Source: Moniliella sp. 'wahieum' (Eukaryota). From it: a stretch of DNA of 64,000 bases. Below are positions 13,485 to 25,816 of the stretch, in pieces. Positions within the stretch are counted from its first letter, which is position 1. Every line of letters starts with the position of its first letter. The position numbers and the translations under genes were made by a program. The stretch covers positions 1 to 64,000 of the forward strand of contig RSEE01000151.1 in assembly GCA_003971905.1 (NCBI GenBank). Reading direction: 5' to 3'. The notes below the pieces were generated by a model. It was given only the letters and a program-made list of their open reading frames with translations. It did not search any database and was not told the DNA's origin.

Positions 13485-14545
13485 GTGCTGTTTCTACACG
13501 CGAAAGAGGAGATGAGAGCAGAAAGGGAGGGACGGCAGTAGGCGTGGTGGTGGTGGGCTGGACGAAGTGTCAATCTACACCCTATCCAGCGTCTCTGGGA
13601 TGTGGACATGCCAATAAGATGTGTGGGGTGGGAGCGGGCGCTGGCATGAGAATAGAAGCAAAAATAGGCTGCGTATGCATATCAGGTTGTATCTAGTGCT
13701 GTATAGCTATAACAGTGATAGAGGCACGTTCGTTGCGAGGTATCATACAGAGTTGACTTTCGCATGGGCCCTGCGGCGTTTGCCGCCGCCCTCCGAAGGA
13801 GGGGTGAGGCCTGAGGGCGTTGCCACCGTCTTACACTGGCCTTGTCCGCCTCCTCTGCTCTGCTTTTTGCTCTCGGGTATTATATGGACTCCCACTTGGG
13901 CCCCACAGCGCTGCTCACATGTCACACGAGTAGGCATCGCTTGTCGTCAGCATCTTTCGCCGCCACCCTATACATATAGTCGCCGGCAACTCCGAGGCCG
14001 GCGCCACCTCGGATCCCCGCAACCGACGCAGGCAACGCAGCTGATTCAGGAGGGAGGGGAATTATACTCTCTCGTCTCGCTCTGCCGCTGCGATCACAGT
14101 AGTATCATCCACATCTCAGATCTCATCCATCTCATCTCAGGCCCTCTATTATATACACACCGCTCTGGTATACTAGTCCCCGTCCATCGAGCCTGCCACA
14201 CTCGCTTCTTCTCACCATCCTATAGCACTGTTCTACCCGCACCCCATTACCTTCGTTTGGAGAAACCCCTTCAAATCCAAAGCAGTATATATCACTGTGG
14301 GTAACTCTACTGCTGGAGAGGGTATAAAAAGCTTATTTATTGCGGTGTGGCGAGACGTCTGGGATTCGTGGAGATACCTGTACTTGCTCGCTAAAGTTAC
14401 CAGTGGCTAGCAATGCTTTATCTTTTCCGGTGTTGGGCGGGTAGTTGGTTGGGTAGGTGATTAGTACCCTTCGCCAGCAATCTTCCGATAGACATGGTGT
14501 AGTGTCGTCCTTAGGTCAGATTTACAGTCACTACCTTTCCCTCAA

Positions 14546-14617
14546 GGGCGGATAGCTCAGGGGTAGAGCGCTTGCTTAGCATGCATGAGGTCCGGGGTTC
14601 AATTCCCTGTTCGTCCA
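14546..14617 (+). tRNA. tRNA-Ala(AGC), no intron
   Basis: GGGCGGA/TTCGTCC-A acceptor with G3:U70, TAGCTCAGGGGTAGAGC D arm, TT-AGC-AT anticodon loop, GGTTCAATTCC T loop, followed by a T-run. Confidence 0.95.
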
Positions 14618-15017
14618 TCTCTTTTTGGCAGTCCGAGACCGCCCGTGTCAAGTCGGGTGGGCTTCCTCAAGCTTGGTAAACACTGTTGCCAACATTGGGC
14701 GGGGAGGGGGGGGTGGGAGGGAGCGCTGACGCGTGATGGCGTGGTGGCGTTGCCGTCACGCGTCACGCGTCACGACCCTTCTCAGAGCGACGTCTCGAGT
14801 TTTGCGCTATTGCCTCGTACTGGCCCACTCACTGCTGTTTTCCCAGACGCCTCTGCCAACTTCACCTTCCGGCTACGCCACGCGCACAAGAAGACATCGT
14901 AACAGGTAACATCCATCCACAGAGAGTGCATTAACGGAGACTGAGCATGGGTGGGTGGGTAGGCCGCGGGTAACGAGAAAAGGGTGAATAATAGAGAAAC
15001 GCATCTGTGTGAGGCGA

Positions 15018-15092
15018 GAGGAGGAGAGGAGAGAAGAGAAGAAAGAGTGGAGAGGGGTGCAGAGGAGAGGAGAGGAGAGGAGAGAGAGAAAG
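15018..15092. repeat. Purine-rich (GAGAG/GAGAA)-type low-complexity repeat
   Basis: Imperfect pentamer purine repeats visible directly. Confidence 0.8.
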
Positions 15093-15102
15093 GCGCCCAA
15101 CT

Positions 15103-16799
15103 TCAAGGCTCGTCCATCGGTTGGAGTGCGGCGGTGGTGAGTTGACGAACAGAGAGCTTCCCTTGGCTCGGCTGTTGTGCCAGAAACGGGCTCCCACCAC
15201 TGTCCCACGACGGCTCCCGTTGCCGCCACGGCGCGGGCGGGAGCAAGTCGCGCGCCATGTCCGACGGCGCAGCGAACGGGTTGGGGTTGCACATCGGTTC
15301 GGAAAAGTTGGTCATGCTCTCCAGCGCGGGCCGGCGCGTAGAGGGCACGGGACGCCGGCCCAGCAAAAACGAAAGTCGTTGCTTGGATTCCTGCAATAAG
15401 CCTCCACGTTCCTTGGGAGAACTCGAAAGCGAAGACTTGCTGGTGCTCGCCGTCGGCACCCGCACCGCATCCCTCACCCCCCACGCATTCAGCAGCACCG
15501 ATAGATTAATCGTCTGCTGGGCGTGGGGCCGAAGGGCAAAAACTGCATTCGGTCCCCGGACCCAGAACAAAGATTCCGCCCGGCGCCGACCGTGCCGCGG
15601 GGGAAGGGCGAAGGCGACGCAGGTTGGGCGTACTCTTTGCTGGCCGCGGTGTCAAAGTGGGTTCGTCAGCGTACCCCTTCAGACCCAATGCTTCGGACGC
15701 TGTGCGTTTGGGGTCGACATAGAGCGGCAAAGAGAAGGAGAGCGTGCGTTGGAGCGCGGCCAGCTCACGAATCGAGCCGGGGCCAACGACCAAGAGGGAG
15801 AGACCGGGCGGGCCAGCGAGCTCGGGTGCAATTGGGCTAGCTCCTTGAGCAGCCTTTGGAACGAGGGGCACGTCCAGGAGGAGGGGAAAATGACGACCGT
15901 CTTCTTGTCCAGCAACGTGGACAAGCGGACCGCTACGCCATCCTCCTTATACACCACCGCCCTCCCGGCATCTGCGACCTCCTGGGGAAGAGGGCGCACC
16001 TCTTCCAGTTGACCGTCGTGCTCTGCTTCCGCCACCGCCGTCCGGGGCGCAGGCAACAGACTGAAGTCCACCACGGCCGAATCGGGCGAGGCTACAGAAT
16101 CGACGACCGGCACACGGGGTCCACTCGGTTTCTTCCCTTTTTGCAGGGAGGTGCGACGGGCAGTGCGCACGCGGCGAAAGTCGCGCGGGGTGAGAGAGCC
16201 TTCGGAGGTTTGGCTAGACACGGTCGAAGCTACCGAGACAGAGAGAGCGCGGTGCCGAGCGTGTCACACGACTGGCCATGGACAAGGGAGTGGGTCCGAT
16301 CGTACTCGGACGCGGACGCGGCCGAGGTGGTATCGGAAACAGACAAGTTGTCCATCACAGGTGCTTGCTCCCGTTGAGCCTCGGACGAGTGGGCACTGGC
16401 CGCGGCTCCGGGCTGGGCATAGGCCTCAGAACCGGTGTCGAGGTGGGTGCCAAGCCACTCGCCCGCGTCGGGGGGGAACACGCTGGGCTCCTCCACTGCG
16501 GATTGGACGCAGCGCCCCAGCGCGCCAAGACGGGGAGGGAGGCGTTGGAGGGGAGGCGGTGCGGCGCGGGCTCGGTGCGGCGCGGGCGACGGGAAAAGGT
16601 GCTGGGAGAGAAGATCTGCGGTGTCGTCGTCGGCAGCAGGAGACGGCTCGGGGGGCTGGGGCGCGGCGGGGTGGGGGTGGGGACGGTGGTGGTGCGGCTG
16701 CTGGCGGGTGTGGGTGGTCTGGGTGCTGAGGGCGCTGGCGGCGGTGTTGGAGCGTGCGCGTGTGGGCGGCACAGCGTCGGGTGTGGGGGAGCTGTGCAT
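15103..16799 (-). CDS. Peroxiredoxin-like 2 (AhpC/TSA-2, AAED1/PRXL2-like) domain protein with a long disordered N-terminus
   Basis: EVADAGRAVVYKEDGVAVRLSTLLDKKTVVIF..., LLVVGPGS..., LYVDPKRTASEALGL and GGIFVLGPG follow the PRXL2/AAED1 motif order. The catalytic segment is atypical. Confidence 0.6.
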
Positions 16800-17170
16800 G
16801 GGAGGGGGGGAGGAGGGGGAGGAGGAGCGGAGGAGGAGGAGGAGGTGGTGGTGTGGTGGTGGTGGTGGCGACGGCGGATGGATGAACGCAGCCGCCACGC
16901 ATTCGCCTGCCCGCTGCTGCCGGCTGCCGCCTGCTGCCGCCCCATTGTCCCCGCTGGGGCTGGCGGTGGTGTACGTCAGCACGCCCGCCGCCCCGCACGC
17001 ACGCCTGCTGCAATTTCAAAAGCAGGTGGCTCCCTGGCGAGTGTGACTAGTGACTGGCACCGTCGCACATCACATGTGACCGCCCATTTCACATGCGCCC
17101 TTCGCAGGCCACATGCTCGCAGCACGCCACGCTGCTCATCGCGAGGAGCGCCGCCGGCGGGGTCAAGTGA

Positions 17171-19880
17171 TTGCCCAGCGACGAAGAGCACCAGCAGAGA
17201 TCGCCCCAGCGCCCATGCGCCCCTCGTGGCCCCCCAGCAGCCTCCACCCCCGCCCCGTCGGCCGCCCGCCCCCGCCGTCGTGCCTCGCTGCCGCACCCGC
17301 AAGGTCCGATGCGATCGCACCGGCGACCAGCCCTGCTCCCACTGCCGCCGCCGCCAGGAGGCCTGCATCTCCCTCCCCGCGCCCCCACCGCGCTCCGACC
17401 ACCCAGACACGCTCCTCCTCGCCGACCGCGTCCAACGCCTCGAGCACATCGTGGCCCGTGCAGGCCTCGACCGCCGTCCGTCCTGCTTCGGTTCCCCGTC
17501 CTCCCTCTCTTGCCCCGCCGAGCAGGAGGCAGGCCCGCGTCTGCTTTCTGCTTCTGATGCTGGCGGTGCTTCTGATCACCAGCTGCTGCTTCCGGTCCAG
17601 CTACTGCTTCCGATCCGCCTGCTTCCCACCCCCGCCCCAAGCGCCGCCGCTCCCGCTCGCCATCTCCCTTGGCAAGTGTCGTCCAGGCCGTCTCCACAGT
17701 CCGCGACCACGACGGCTTTGACCATCAGATCCTCAATCCTCTGCCCCCCGCCCCCTTCCACAACCACCCCATCTCCGACCGCCTCTCGCATCCTCGCAAT
17801 CCGGCCGACGCACCTCGCTGCCTGGTAGCAAGCGCGCCCGACACGCCCTGCACTAACCACAATCTTGGCCCAGCTCCCCTCGCCCGACGAGTGCGATATC
17901 CTGGTTACCACTTATTTACCCGTGTCGAGTGGCTGCACCATGTCGTCCACGCACCCTCTTTTATCTCGTGGTTTGACCAGTTGCGCGTCAGCGCCAACGC
18001 CCCAATTTTGCCGCCTATGCTGCCGAACAATGGGCTGCGTGTGATTGGCAGCAACTGGCCCTTTGTTTGCCATGCTCTGCCTCGGCCTCTTGTTCGATAC
18101 GACCATCGATCCAGCACGCCATGCGCGCGCGGCGGCGCTGTACGACAGCTCGTGTCTGGCCTTGGAGAAGGGCAAGCTATGGACCACCATACGATCATCT
18201 TGGTGCAAACCTTGATTCTCCATGGTCTCTGGCTCAATGACAATGGCCGCTCCGATCGGCACCACGTCAACTTGGCTGTCGCACTTCGTGTTGCCCATCT
18301 TGCCGGCATTGCGCAGCAGGACAAGCCCGGCTGGAACCCGAACCGCAGCTGGATCTGTTCCGCTTGTCCCGACCCGAGTGCGATGGACTTGACGCCGGAC
18401 GCGGTGCGCGAGATGAACCGACGGTGATTGGAGTCTGGTGTGCCAAGATTATTATACAGCGTCCTCCTGCAGCTTCACTTACCACGTCAACCCTCACCAA
18501 ATCCATATTTCCCACCCGCACAATCTGGGCGACGACCAACTCCTCTCCGCCCCCGCTTCAGTTTCGATCCACCAACGTGCAACGTCCGCCAGCTACGATG
18601 TATGCAAGATCCCATTTGCCCAGACAGCACGCGAGTTTGTCGACCTGGTCAACGACCAAGTGCGCTACCAGGACATTGTGTCGCTCGAGCAGCGTGTGCG
18701 CCGACTGTGGGACGAACTGCCGCTCTACTTTCGTCAAGAGGTGCCCCGCCCGAAACCCACTACGAACGCTTTTTTCAGCGCCCACGCTCGCGTGGCAACG
18801 TCTCTTTTGGCCATCACCAAGGAAAACCGAATTTTGCGGTTGCATCGACCGTTTGTGGTGCGCGGGCTGCGTGACGAAGCCTATGCTGGCTCCACCCGCT
18901 CCGTCCTGGCTGCCGCGGTGGCGCTGCTCAACTTGGGTCGCCAAGGTCGTGGCCTCGCGTTCCCAGGCTTGCGATGGTGGGTGGTGCGCATCCACATTTT
19001 CACGGCCGGCGTGGCACTGTGTATCGGCCTGCAAGCCAGCCGGGCCAAGATTCCGGTCTGTTTGGCGCCCGAGGTGATGCGGCAGTACGTGGGGCATGCG
19101 ATGGATCTCTTATCCGATGGCCTCGCCTGCAGCCCCGCTGCCACCTCCGCCGTGGAGATCTTGCAGTCGCTCTTGCAGCACGCGGGGTACGCTCAGTCGC
19201 CCTTCCCTTCCCGTCTCCTTGCCCAGGAACTGCGTCTGCATCTGCGTCTGCGTCGCGTCTGCGTTCATCTACATCTACATCTGCATCTACATCTGCGCCT
19301 GTGCCTGTGCCTGCCTCTGCCTCTGCCTCTGCGGTGGTGCCGTTTCCTTCCCCGTCTGAGCTGGACCCGGCACTCCCTTTACCCGCCCCCGACGACGGCC
19401 TAAACTTCCCCGCTGGCCGCCCCCTGTGCGCGTGCCTGGCCCGGTACCCGCCCCGGTTCCTGCTGTATCTCCCTCCAGCCTGCCGCCCGCGTCCATGTCC
19501 CGCTCAATTGGCTGACCGACTGGGCGCCAGCGGCGCCGCCGTTTACCGACGATGAGCTGATGGAGGTGCTTGATACATTTTGGAACGGCACTGCTGGTAC
19601 GGGCGCGCCTGCTCGTCAGCTTGACGGCGTGTGTGGTGCCCCCATCGGTTTGGGTGGGCGAGTCCGATCGACTGGGGCCTTGGCAGAGCTGGGCATATGT
19701 CCAGGTATTGGGTTTCGGTGTTCGGGCGCGAATGGGAGATGGGAAATGAGAGATGGGAGTTCGGATGGATCACGTTGGATCGTGGTTGTTAGCGCGGTGC
19801 GCAGCCGGACGGATCGATCCGACCTCGTTGCCCTACGGGAACACTCCGTGTTGCGCCCCCAAATCGCCTCCCTGTTGTAA
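17171..19880 (+). CDS. Zn(II)2Cys6 fungal transcription factor with middle homology region; ends approximate
   Basis: SC..CRTRKVRCDRTGDQPCSHCRRRQEAC followed by LADRVQRLE; VEWLHHVVHAPSF, EMNRR..W..LC.QD, PHNLGDD, LRLHRPF, RWWVVRIHIFTAGVAL. Confidence 0.85.
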
Positions 19881-20248
19881 CAGCTTCTACTTATCCCCCC
19901 CTCGCCGCTATATTACCACGAAACGTACCGCCACCGGGTCGAGGGTGTGTGGTGTGTTCCTCTATTTATCCATCTGTCCGCTCTGTTCCTGCTATCCGCT
20001 GTTTCAGCTGTCTCGCGAGCCAGGATGACTCCTTTGACATCGAAGCCCTGCAGTGTGGGTTCTGACTCGCTCCATGTGGAGCAAGAGGAAGGTAGTCAGT
20101 CTGCGAGTCTATAAGACCACGTCACTCCGCAACCCAAGAAAAGAACATGTAGCCTTTTTGCATAGCCATGTTTTGCGCCGGCGGAGGGCCGGCCGAAGGC
20201 CACCCACGGTTAGCCTCCGCCCCCCCCTGCCCGTACACAAGCAAAAAG

Positions 20249-20340
20249 TGACTTCGCCCGGGCTCGAACCGGGGACCTTATCCGTTAACGTGCGCAAGGC
20301 TATGTTAAGGATACGTGATAAACAACTACACCACGATGCC
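20249..20340 (-). tRNA. tRNA-Val(AAC) with 18-nt intron (20285-20302)
   Basis: GGCATCG...CGAAGTC-A acceptor, TATCC-TT-AAC-A[intron]C-GGATA anticodon arm, GGTTCGAGCCC T loop, T5 terminator. The D loop lacks one G relative to copy 2, probably a sequencing error. Confidence 0.92.
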
Positions 20341-20570
20341 ATTGATGCAGCTGTCCACCGATGCATCCTCGGTCGTTTTGACGCCGTTCTGCCTATGTGG
20401 TGGCACGGTACACGAGCGAAGATCTGCAAAGACACGAGCTAATCCACACGCTACGACAACCGACCATCTCAAATGTACACCTCGTTCCGTCCGGGAGCCA
20501 AAGGAGAGGGGAGTGAATAGATTTGTGCATTGCCGAGCAGCCGATCGGCGGGGGAGACACGTTTTACGCG

Positions 20571-23500
20571 TTAGAGCGGAGCAGAAGCGTCCGAGGCAAC
20601 GCGCGGCTCTGGCTCCAACTCTTCGCCCAGCAGCCACCCTACGCCGCGCGTCAGACTAAACCCGCCGTGGGGCACATGGAATGGGATCCGCCCGGCCTCG
20701 CGCCGCGGGCCCCGCCTCGTCCTGAGTGCAGAACCGACGGCACCTGTTCTGGAGCGTAGGAGGAGGAGGAATGGTGGAGGAGGAGGCCGTGCTGTCTCGG
20801 ATAGCATGTGCAAGCGAGGCAGCATCGGCGTCTTGGCCCTGGGCCAGTGCGGCGTTGGAAGCGGGCGCGGCACGGATCGTGGCTCGGGCCACGGAAGAAG
20901 AACCGAGCTGCGGGCCGCATAGTGGCTCCCTTTTCCGATAACGCGGCCAGCTGCTGGCCCACCAGCCCGCCCAGCCCACTTGCCGTCTCGCGCAACCCGC
21001 CCGGCCGCGAAGGCAGGGGACCGAGAGCCCACGGAGGAAGCTGCTGCCGCGTTCGGCGGAGGCGCCTCGGCGGCATGGCCTCCAGCCCACCACGCTCCTC
21101 CTCGGCGGTCGCGTCAGCGGGCGTGTCGGCGGGGCGGCGGCGCGTAGCGGCGTGCGGCGTGCCAGCAAAGGCCGGACTCAGCTTGCCCGCACTGGCCAGC
21201 AGGGCAGCCAAGGGCGTTGCCGCGGCCGCGGCCGACGCATACTCGCCCACCACTGCTGGCACGCCGAGGCCAGCGAGCAAGCCTTCGCCCGTCGGTGCGG
21301 CGGCGGCCGCCGGCGCAAACAGCATGCCGCGCGCTCGTCGGCATCCAGGACATGAGGCTTGGTCCCACCCGCGCCAGGCACGCAGCAAGCGCGCCACCTG
21401 CTCCTCAGGGCAGAGGTCAGTTGCTTGTCCCAACAGACCCAGCTGCGCCAACGGTTCTTCCCAGGCCGCTTGCTTGCCCAGCTGATACGCCACCTTCCAC
21501 GCCACCTCCTGCGCAGGCAGCAGCATCCCCGTGCACTCTCCTCCGTCACACAAGACGTGCCAGCCGACCTGGCTTGGCGCCCGCGCGCACGTTGTTGTAA
21601 GCCGTGCACCTTCAGCACCCGTTCTACCAACCCGGCGGCCCGGGTCCAGTCGGCCGCCGCCATCGCAGCCTCGGCCATGGCCAACACCTGCGCCTCAATC
21701 ACCGGTTTGCCCACCTTGCTCCCGCTCGGTTCCGGGTAGAAGAGCAAAGAGAAGGCGTCTGCTGTCGCACTTGCTTGCTCTGGCCCAGCTGCGGCGCACG
21801 GTTGAGTTGCACTGCCAGACCAACCAGCGCGTCTGACGCTTTGATGCCTCAGCTTGATGCGCCACCACTCGTGCCACCAGCTCGACGCACCCAGCCACAC
21901 GGTCGCCTCGCCCCGCGGGCGTTCGGCCACCGCGCGAATCTCCGCGGGCCGTATCAAGCCAGGGTGCTCGGACGAAGGCAGACGATACGCCCAACTTACT
22001 CGTTGCCACAGAACGCCTTTCCGCCGTCAAGGCCGGCGTGGCGGGCAGCACCTCCAATATGGTACAGTGCAGTGTGCGTTAGTATCCCTCACCTTCCCCC
22101 CACGCAACGAACTGAGACAACAGCAATGCAACCCAGCACGTACATTCATCCGCCAGCTTCATCGCGCCACTGGTCAAGTTGGTGGAGGTGGCGTCGTTCG
22201 TAGCTACTGCGCGCTGCAGCGAGCCAACACCGCTTCGATCTGGGTGGAAGTGAGGGCTGGACAGTACGACGGGCGAGGCCAGTAGCGATCCAAACAGGTA
22301 CAGCCCGCCCGACGCAGTATGCCCAGAAGGCTACCTGGTACACTTCGGTCCGCGTCAGGGGCGCAAACAGATGAGGTTCGTGTTGGGATTCGGGATCAAG
22401 TTCGGGAGGTGGGGCGATAGACTGTTCGTGGCCCCCATGGGTCCTCTTCGTCCTCCGCAGCAGCAGCCGTAGGGACATCCAACAGCGCACTCAATAAGCT
22501 CCGCCACGCGCTTTCCTGCGCTTGCTCGGAGCGGGCAAAGCTCCCGGTGACCAGCGCATATAGGTGCTGGAATTGGACTTGGCGCGTCGAGGCGCAGGTA
22601 CCATGCGAGGGGCATGTGCGACGCGTCCCACGCCTGCACCACCCGCAGCGCAGCCAAGTGCGAGCCAACGTGGCGAGTGCCGAGGCGGAAGGAACGGGGG
22701 TGGGGGTGGGGGCGGGGGCGGGGGCATGGGTACGGAGGTGGGCAAACAGGCTCTGTGCATCGGGCAAGACAGGTGGATTGGGCAACCGAGGCGAGACGCC
22801 CAAACTCTCCAGAGCCAACTGGACTTGTTCCACTGACGGCGAAGCGGAGGCCAGCGGGGTTCGCTGCTGTGACACAGCGTGCTCGACCATCGCCACCGCC
22901 GCCGGGTTCGAGCGCGGGGACGTGTAGGCACATGCGAGCACAACGAGGGGTAACGCGCCTTCCAGCGGATCTGCCAGCGACGGACACGCCAACAGTGCCC
23001 ACAGAAGCGAGAAGGCGTCTTCGGCTGGGAGCGTCGGCCCAACAGGAGGTGCAGCCGCGTCGGAGCGCCGAGCCCAGCGGGCAAGGGTGAAAAGGATGCC
23101 GATCAACGTGGCCCGCACCGCTGGCGCGGTGGGGGCCGGGGGGCGCGAGGCCAGCAGCGTCGCCCGCTCCGCCAGCTGGCCCAACAGAGGGACCAACACA
23201 GTGGCCAGAAAGGGTCCAAGGGTGGCGGAACGGCCTGAAGGAGCTCCATCACCATGTCGGTTCGACCGGATGCGGCGTCCCTGGCAAGCGCCAGCTCCAG
23301 CTCAGGCAGCGTTGTTGGCCCGACTCCAGGACCGACCGCGGCCAAGCTGAGGACATGGAGAATGGCAAACGATTTGCTCAGTAGAGCCAGGCCGTGGGCC
23401 GCTTGGCCCGCCGAGGCGAGACTATGCGGGCCGCGGGGAGCAACGTGGGCACTGACCGCGGCCAACACGGCGGCTGGCACGTGTTCCTTGTCCAGTTCGC

Positions 23501-24400
23501 GCAGCGTGCGCGCGTACCAAGCATAGAGCGCATTGGCCGGCAAAGCCGATGTCGCAGCATCGGTAGGAGGGCCGAGCACGGCGCTGGCCGCCTCGGGCTC
23601 ATCGGCCGGGTCAGCCACAGGCGGAGGCCGGGAGGCGTGGCGGTCCATGCGCTGGTTTCCCGCTGGTCGGGGCCTGGGATAGGCAGGAGATCAGCGTCGA
23701 CGGCGGCCGCAATGGCCTCCGCCGTGCCGGCGGTCTGGATCAGGAGCTGGAGCAGGCGGAAGCGGTGGGCGGCGAGGACGGGGCCAAGGTGGGGGTGGTG
23801 CAAGAGTGCGGCAAGGGCGGGATAGTTGTGGGGGGGCTCGAGCAGGCCAGCCGCTGCGTCGGGAAGAGCTGGCCGAGTAGCAGCGAGAGGGGAATGTCCT
23901 CGGCCGGGGCCCCAGCCGCCAGCGGCGGCGCAACCGCGTCCAGACGGCGTGCATAGCTGAGGAGCAGCGCACGGGCGCGCAGGCGTGGGTCGCTGGCCGT
24001 GGCGGACGCCGAGGCGGTGGCGGGGAGCACGTGCTGGACAAGTTCAGCGACCCAGTGGGCATACGCAAGTGGATACGCCGTTCTCGCACCGGGCGGTGAG
24101 CTGGTGCAGGAGGGAGAGGATGGCGCGCAGCTCCCAGGCGGCGTCGTCGATGGCAGTGAGGGTGGCGAGCGCGTGCTGGCGGGCGTCAGCCGAGACGGGC
24201 GCCTGCGCCACCGCCTGGATCCAGGAGTGCTTCAGCGCAGCGTCCTCCTCGTCGCTCCGCATCGTGTCGTTGCCACGGACGGAGGCGAGGATGGGGAGGA
24301 GGCCGTTGCAGGTGGCCAAGCCGCCGCAGCGGCCGACCGACGTGGCGCTGCCTGCCCTCGTCCCGGGGATCAGCAGGTGTGTCCTGCCCAAAGTGCCCAT
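20571..24400 (-). CDS. SEC39: Sec39/NBAS-family Dsl1-complex ER tethering subunit; frameshifted; start approximate
   Basis: LIRPAEIR, MAEAAMAAADWTRAAGLV, and AWKVAYQLGKQAAWEEPLAQLGLLGQATDLCPEEQVARLLRAW (resembles the NBAS W.VC.QLG...ELMAFALTHCP..I..LL pattern); C-terminal LTRGVGWLLG. Confidence 0.7.
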
Positions 24401-24411
24401 GCACGGCATGA

Positions 24412-24506
24412 GGCATCGTGGTGTAGTTGGTTTATCACGTATCCTTAACACTGGTTCTCTGCCTTGTTAACGGATAAGGTCCCCGGTTCGAGCCCGGGCG
24501 AAGTCA
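24412..24506 (+). tRNA. tRNA-Val(AAC) with 20-nt intron (24451-24470)
   Basis: Same exons as 20249-20340, complete A box TGGTGTAGTTGG and B box GGTTCGAGCCC, T6 terminator. Confidence 0.95.
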
Positions 24507-24692
24507 TGTTTTTTGAGTCCAGCAGCGGAATGTGCTCGAGCGGAATGCGATTTTTTGGGCGGCGCCGCTCCCATTTCGTTTCCGCGTCCGCTGCTTGGCC
24601 GGCAAAAAAAAACCAGTGATGCGGTTGGGCAACTCTCTCGCCACTGCTTTTTTCCATCTCGCCTGCCGGCTTCACCTCCCCCTGCCGTGACC

Positions 24693-25816
24693 ATGACCCG
24701 CTACACCAAGCTCGAAGGACGCAAGAAGAGTTCCTCCCGCCTCCAACCACTTTGGTGACCGCGATGCGCCCGACGCAGATGTCCCGCCTAGCGCCCTGCC
24801 TCTCCTCCTCCGGCGTCTGCCCCCATTGACCCGGCCAGCACAGGCAAGCCCGCGTCCGAGTCGCCCCCGCAAGCCAGCGGAAACGATGCTACGGACGGCA
24901 AGGTCGATGTGAACCAGCTGATCAAGCGTTCCAAGCTACTCAAACTCAAACTCAAGAAAGCCAAGACCCCCGAGAAGAGGAAAGCACTGTCCAAGCAGTT
25001 CCACCAAAACGAACGCCAGATTGCCGAGCTGGGGCCCGCCAAGGCACAGGGAAAACGGAAGCGCGAAGATGGCGATCACCGGGGTGGGAAGCGTAAGTAT
25101 CTGTTCTGCAGTTGAGGCAATCAGTGGCTGAGGTACTGACCTGGTTTGTATAGGCGTTTTTACCCAAGAAGAGCGAGCTGAGTACCGGCGGCAAAAGCGG
25201 GTCGAAGAGCGGGCAGCATCGGTGCGATGCTTTGCCTGTCGCGGCCATGGACATGCCGCCAAGGACTGTCCCAATGGCTCAACGCTTCGTCTACCGCACT
25301 CGACTCGGAGACGCCGGGCACCCATGACGTGACCGGGTCGTCGGTGGTTGGCATTTGTTTCCGTTGTGGATCAAAGGACCATACGCTGGCGCAGTGCACC
25401 TTGCCTGGCGGTGGTAAGGGTGCAGCACGAGGTGGGAAAAACTTGCCGTTTGCAACATGCTTTGTCTGTGGCGAGAAGGGTCACCTGTCGCTCGCGTGCC
25501 CCAAGAACAAGGCGCGTGGTGTGTACCCCAATGGCGGTTCCTGCCGCTTGTGCCAGAGTGTGGAGCACCTGGTTCGGGATTGTCCCTTGCGGGAACAACA
25601 AGCCGTATCCGATCCCAAACTGGGCGCGGCGATCGCAGACCAGCCCACCGCGGTGGGCCCGACGAAGATGACTTTCATGCATTTTCTCGTGTCCGCAATG
25701 AAGTTGATACGGACGAGGCCAAGGCCCAGCTGCAAGCCAAGGACCTTGCTCGCCGACGGGCTCCACCACCTGCGGCGGCCAAGAAACGCGAAACCAAGAA
25801 GGTGGTTACCTTTTAA
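24693..25816 (+). CDS. ZCCHC9-like protein with four CCHC zinc knuckles; intron ~25093-25153
   Basis: MTRYTKLEGRK; CFACRGHGHAAKDC, CFRCGSKDHTLAQC, CFVCGEKGHLSLAC, GVYPNGGSCRLCQSVEHLVRDC; C-terminal KKVVTF. Confidence 0.85.

Noticed and set aside
13745..13775. U6 snRNA-like string ATACAGAG...GCATGG.CCCTGCG
   Set aside because: The ACAGAGA box and AGC triad are broken, and there is no 5' stem, 3' half or T-run.
16278..17828. Long overlapping ORFs in the track (e.g. 516 aa here and 598 aa at 49663-51459)
   Set aside because: Antisense or stitched frames typical of high-GC DNA with few stop codons; the real genes are accounted for in other frames.
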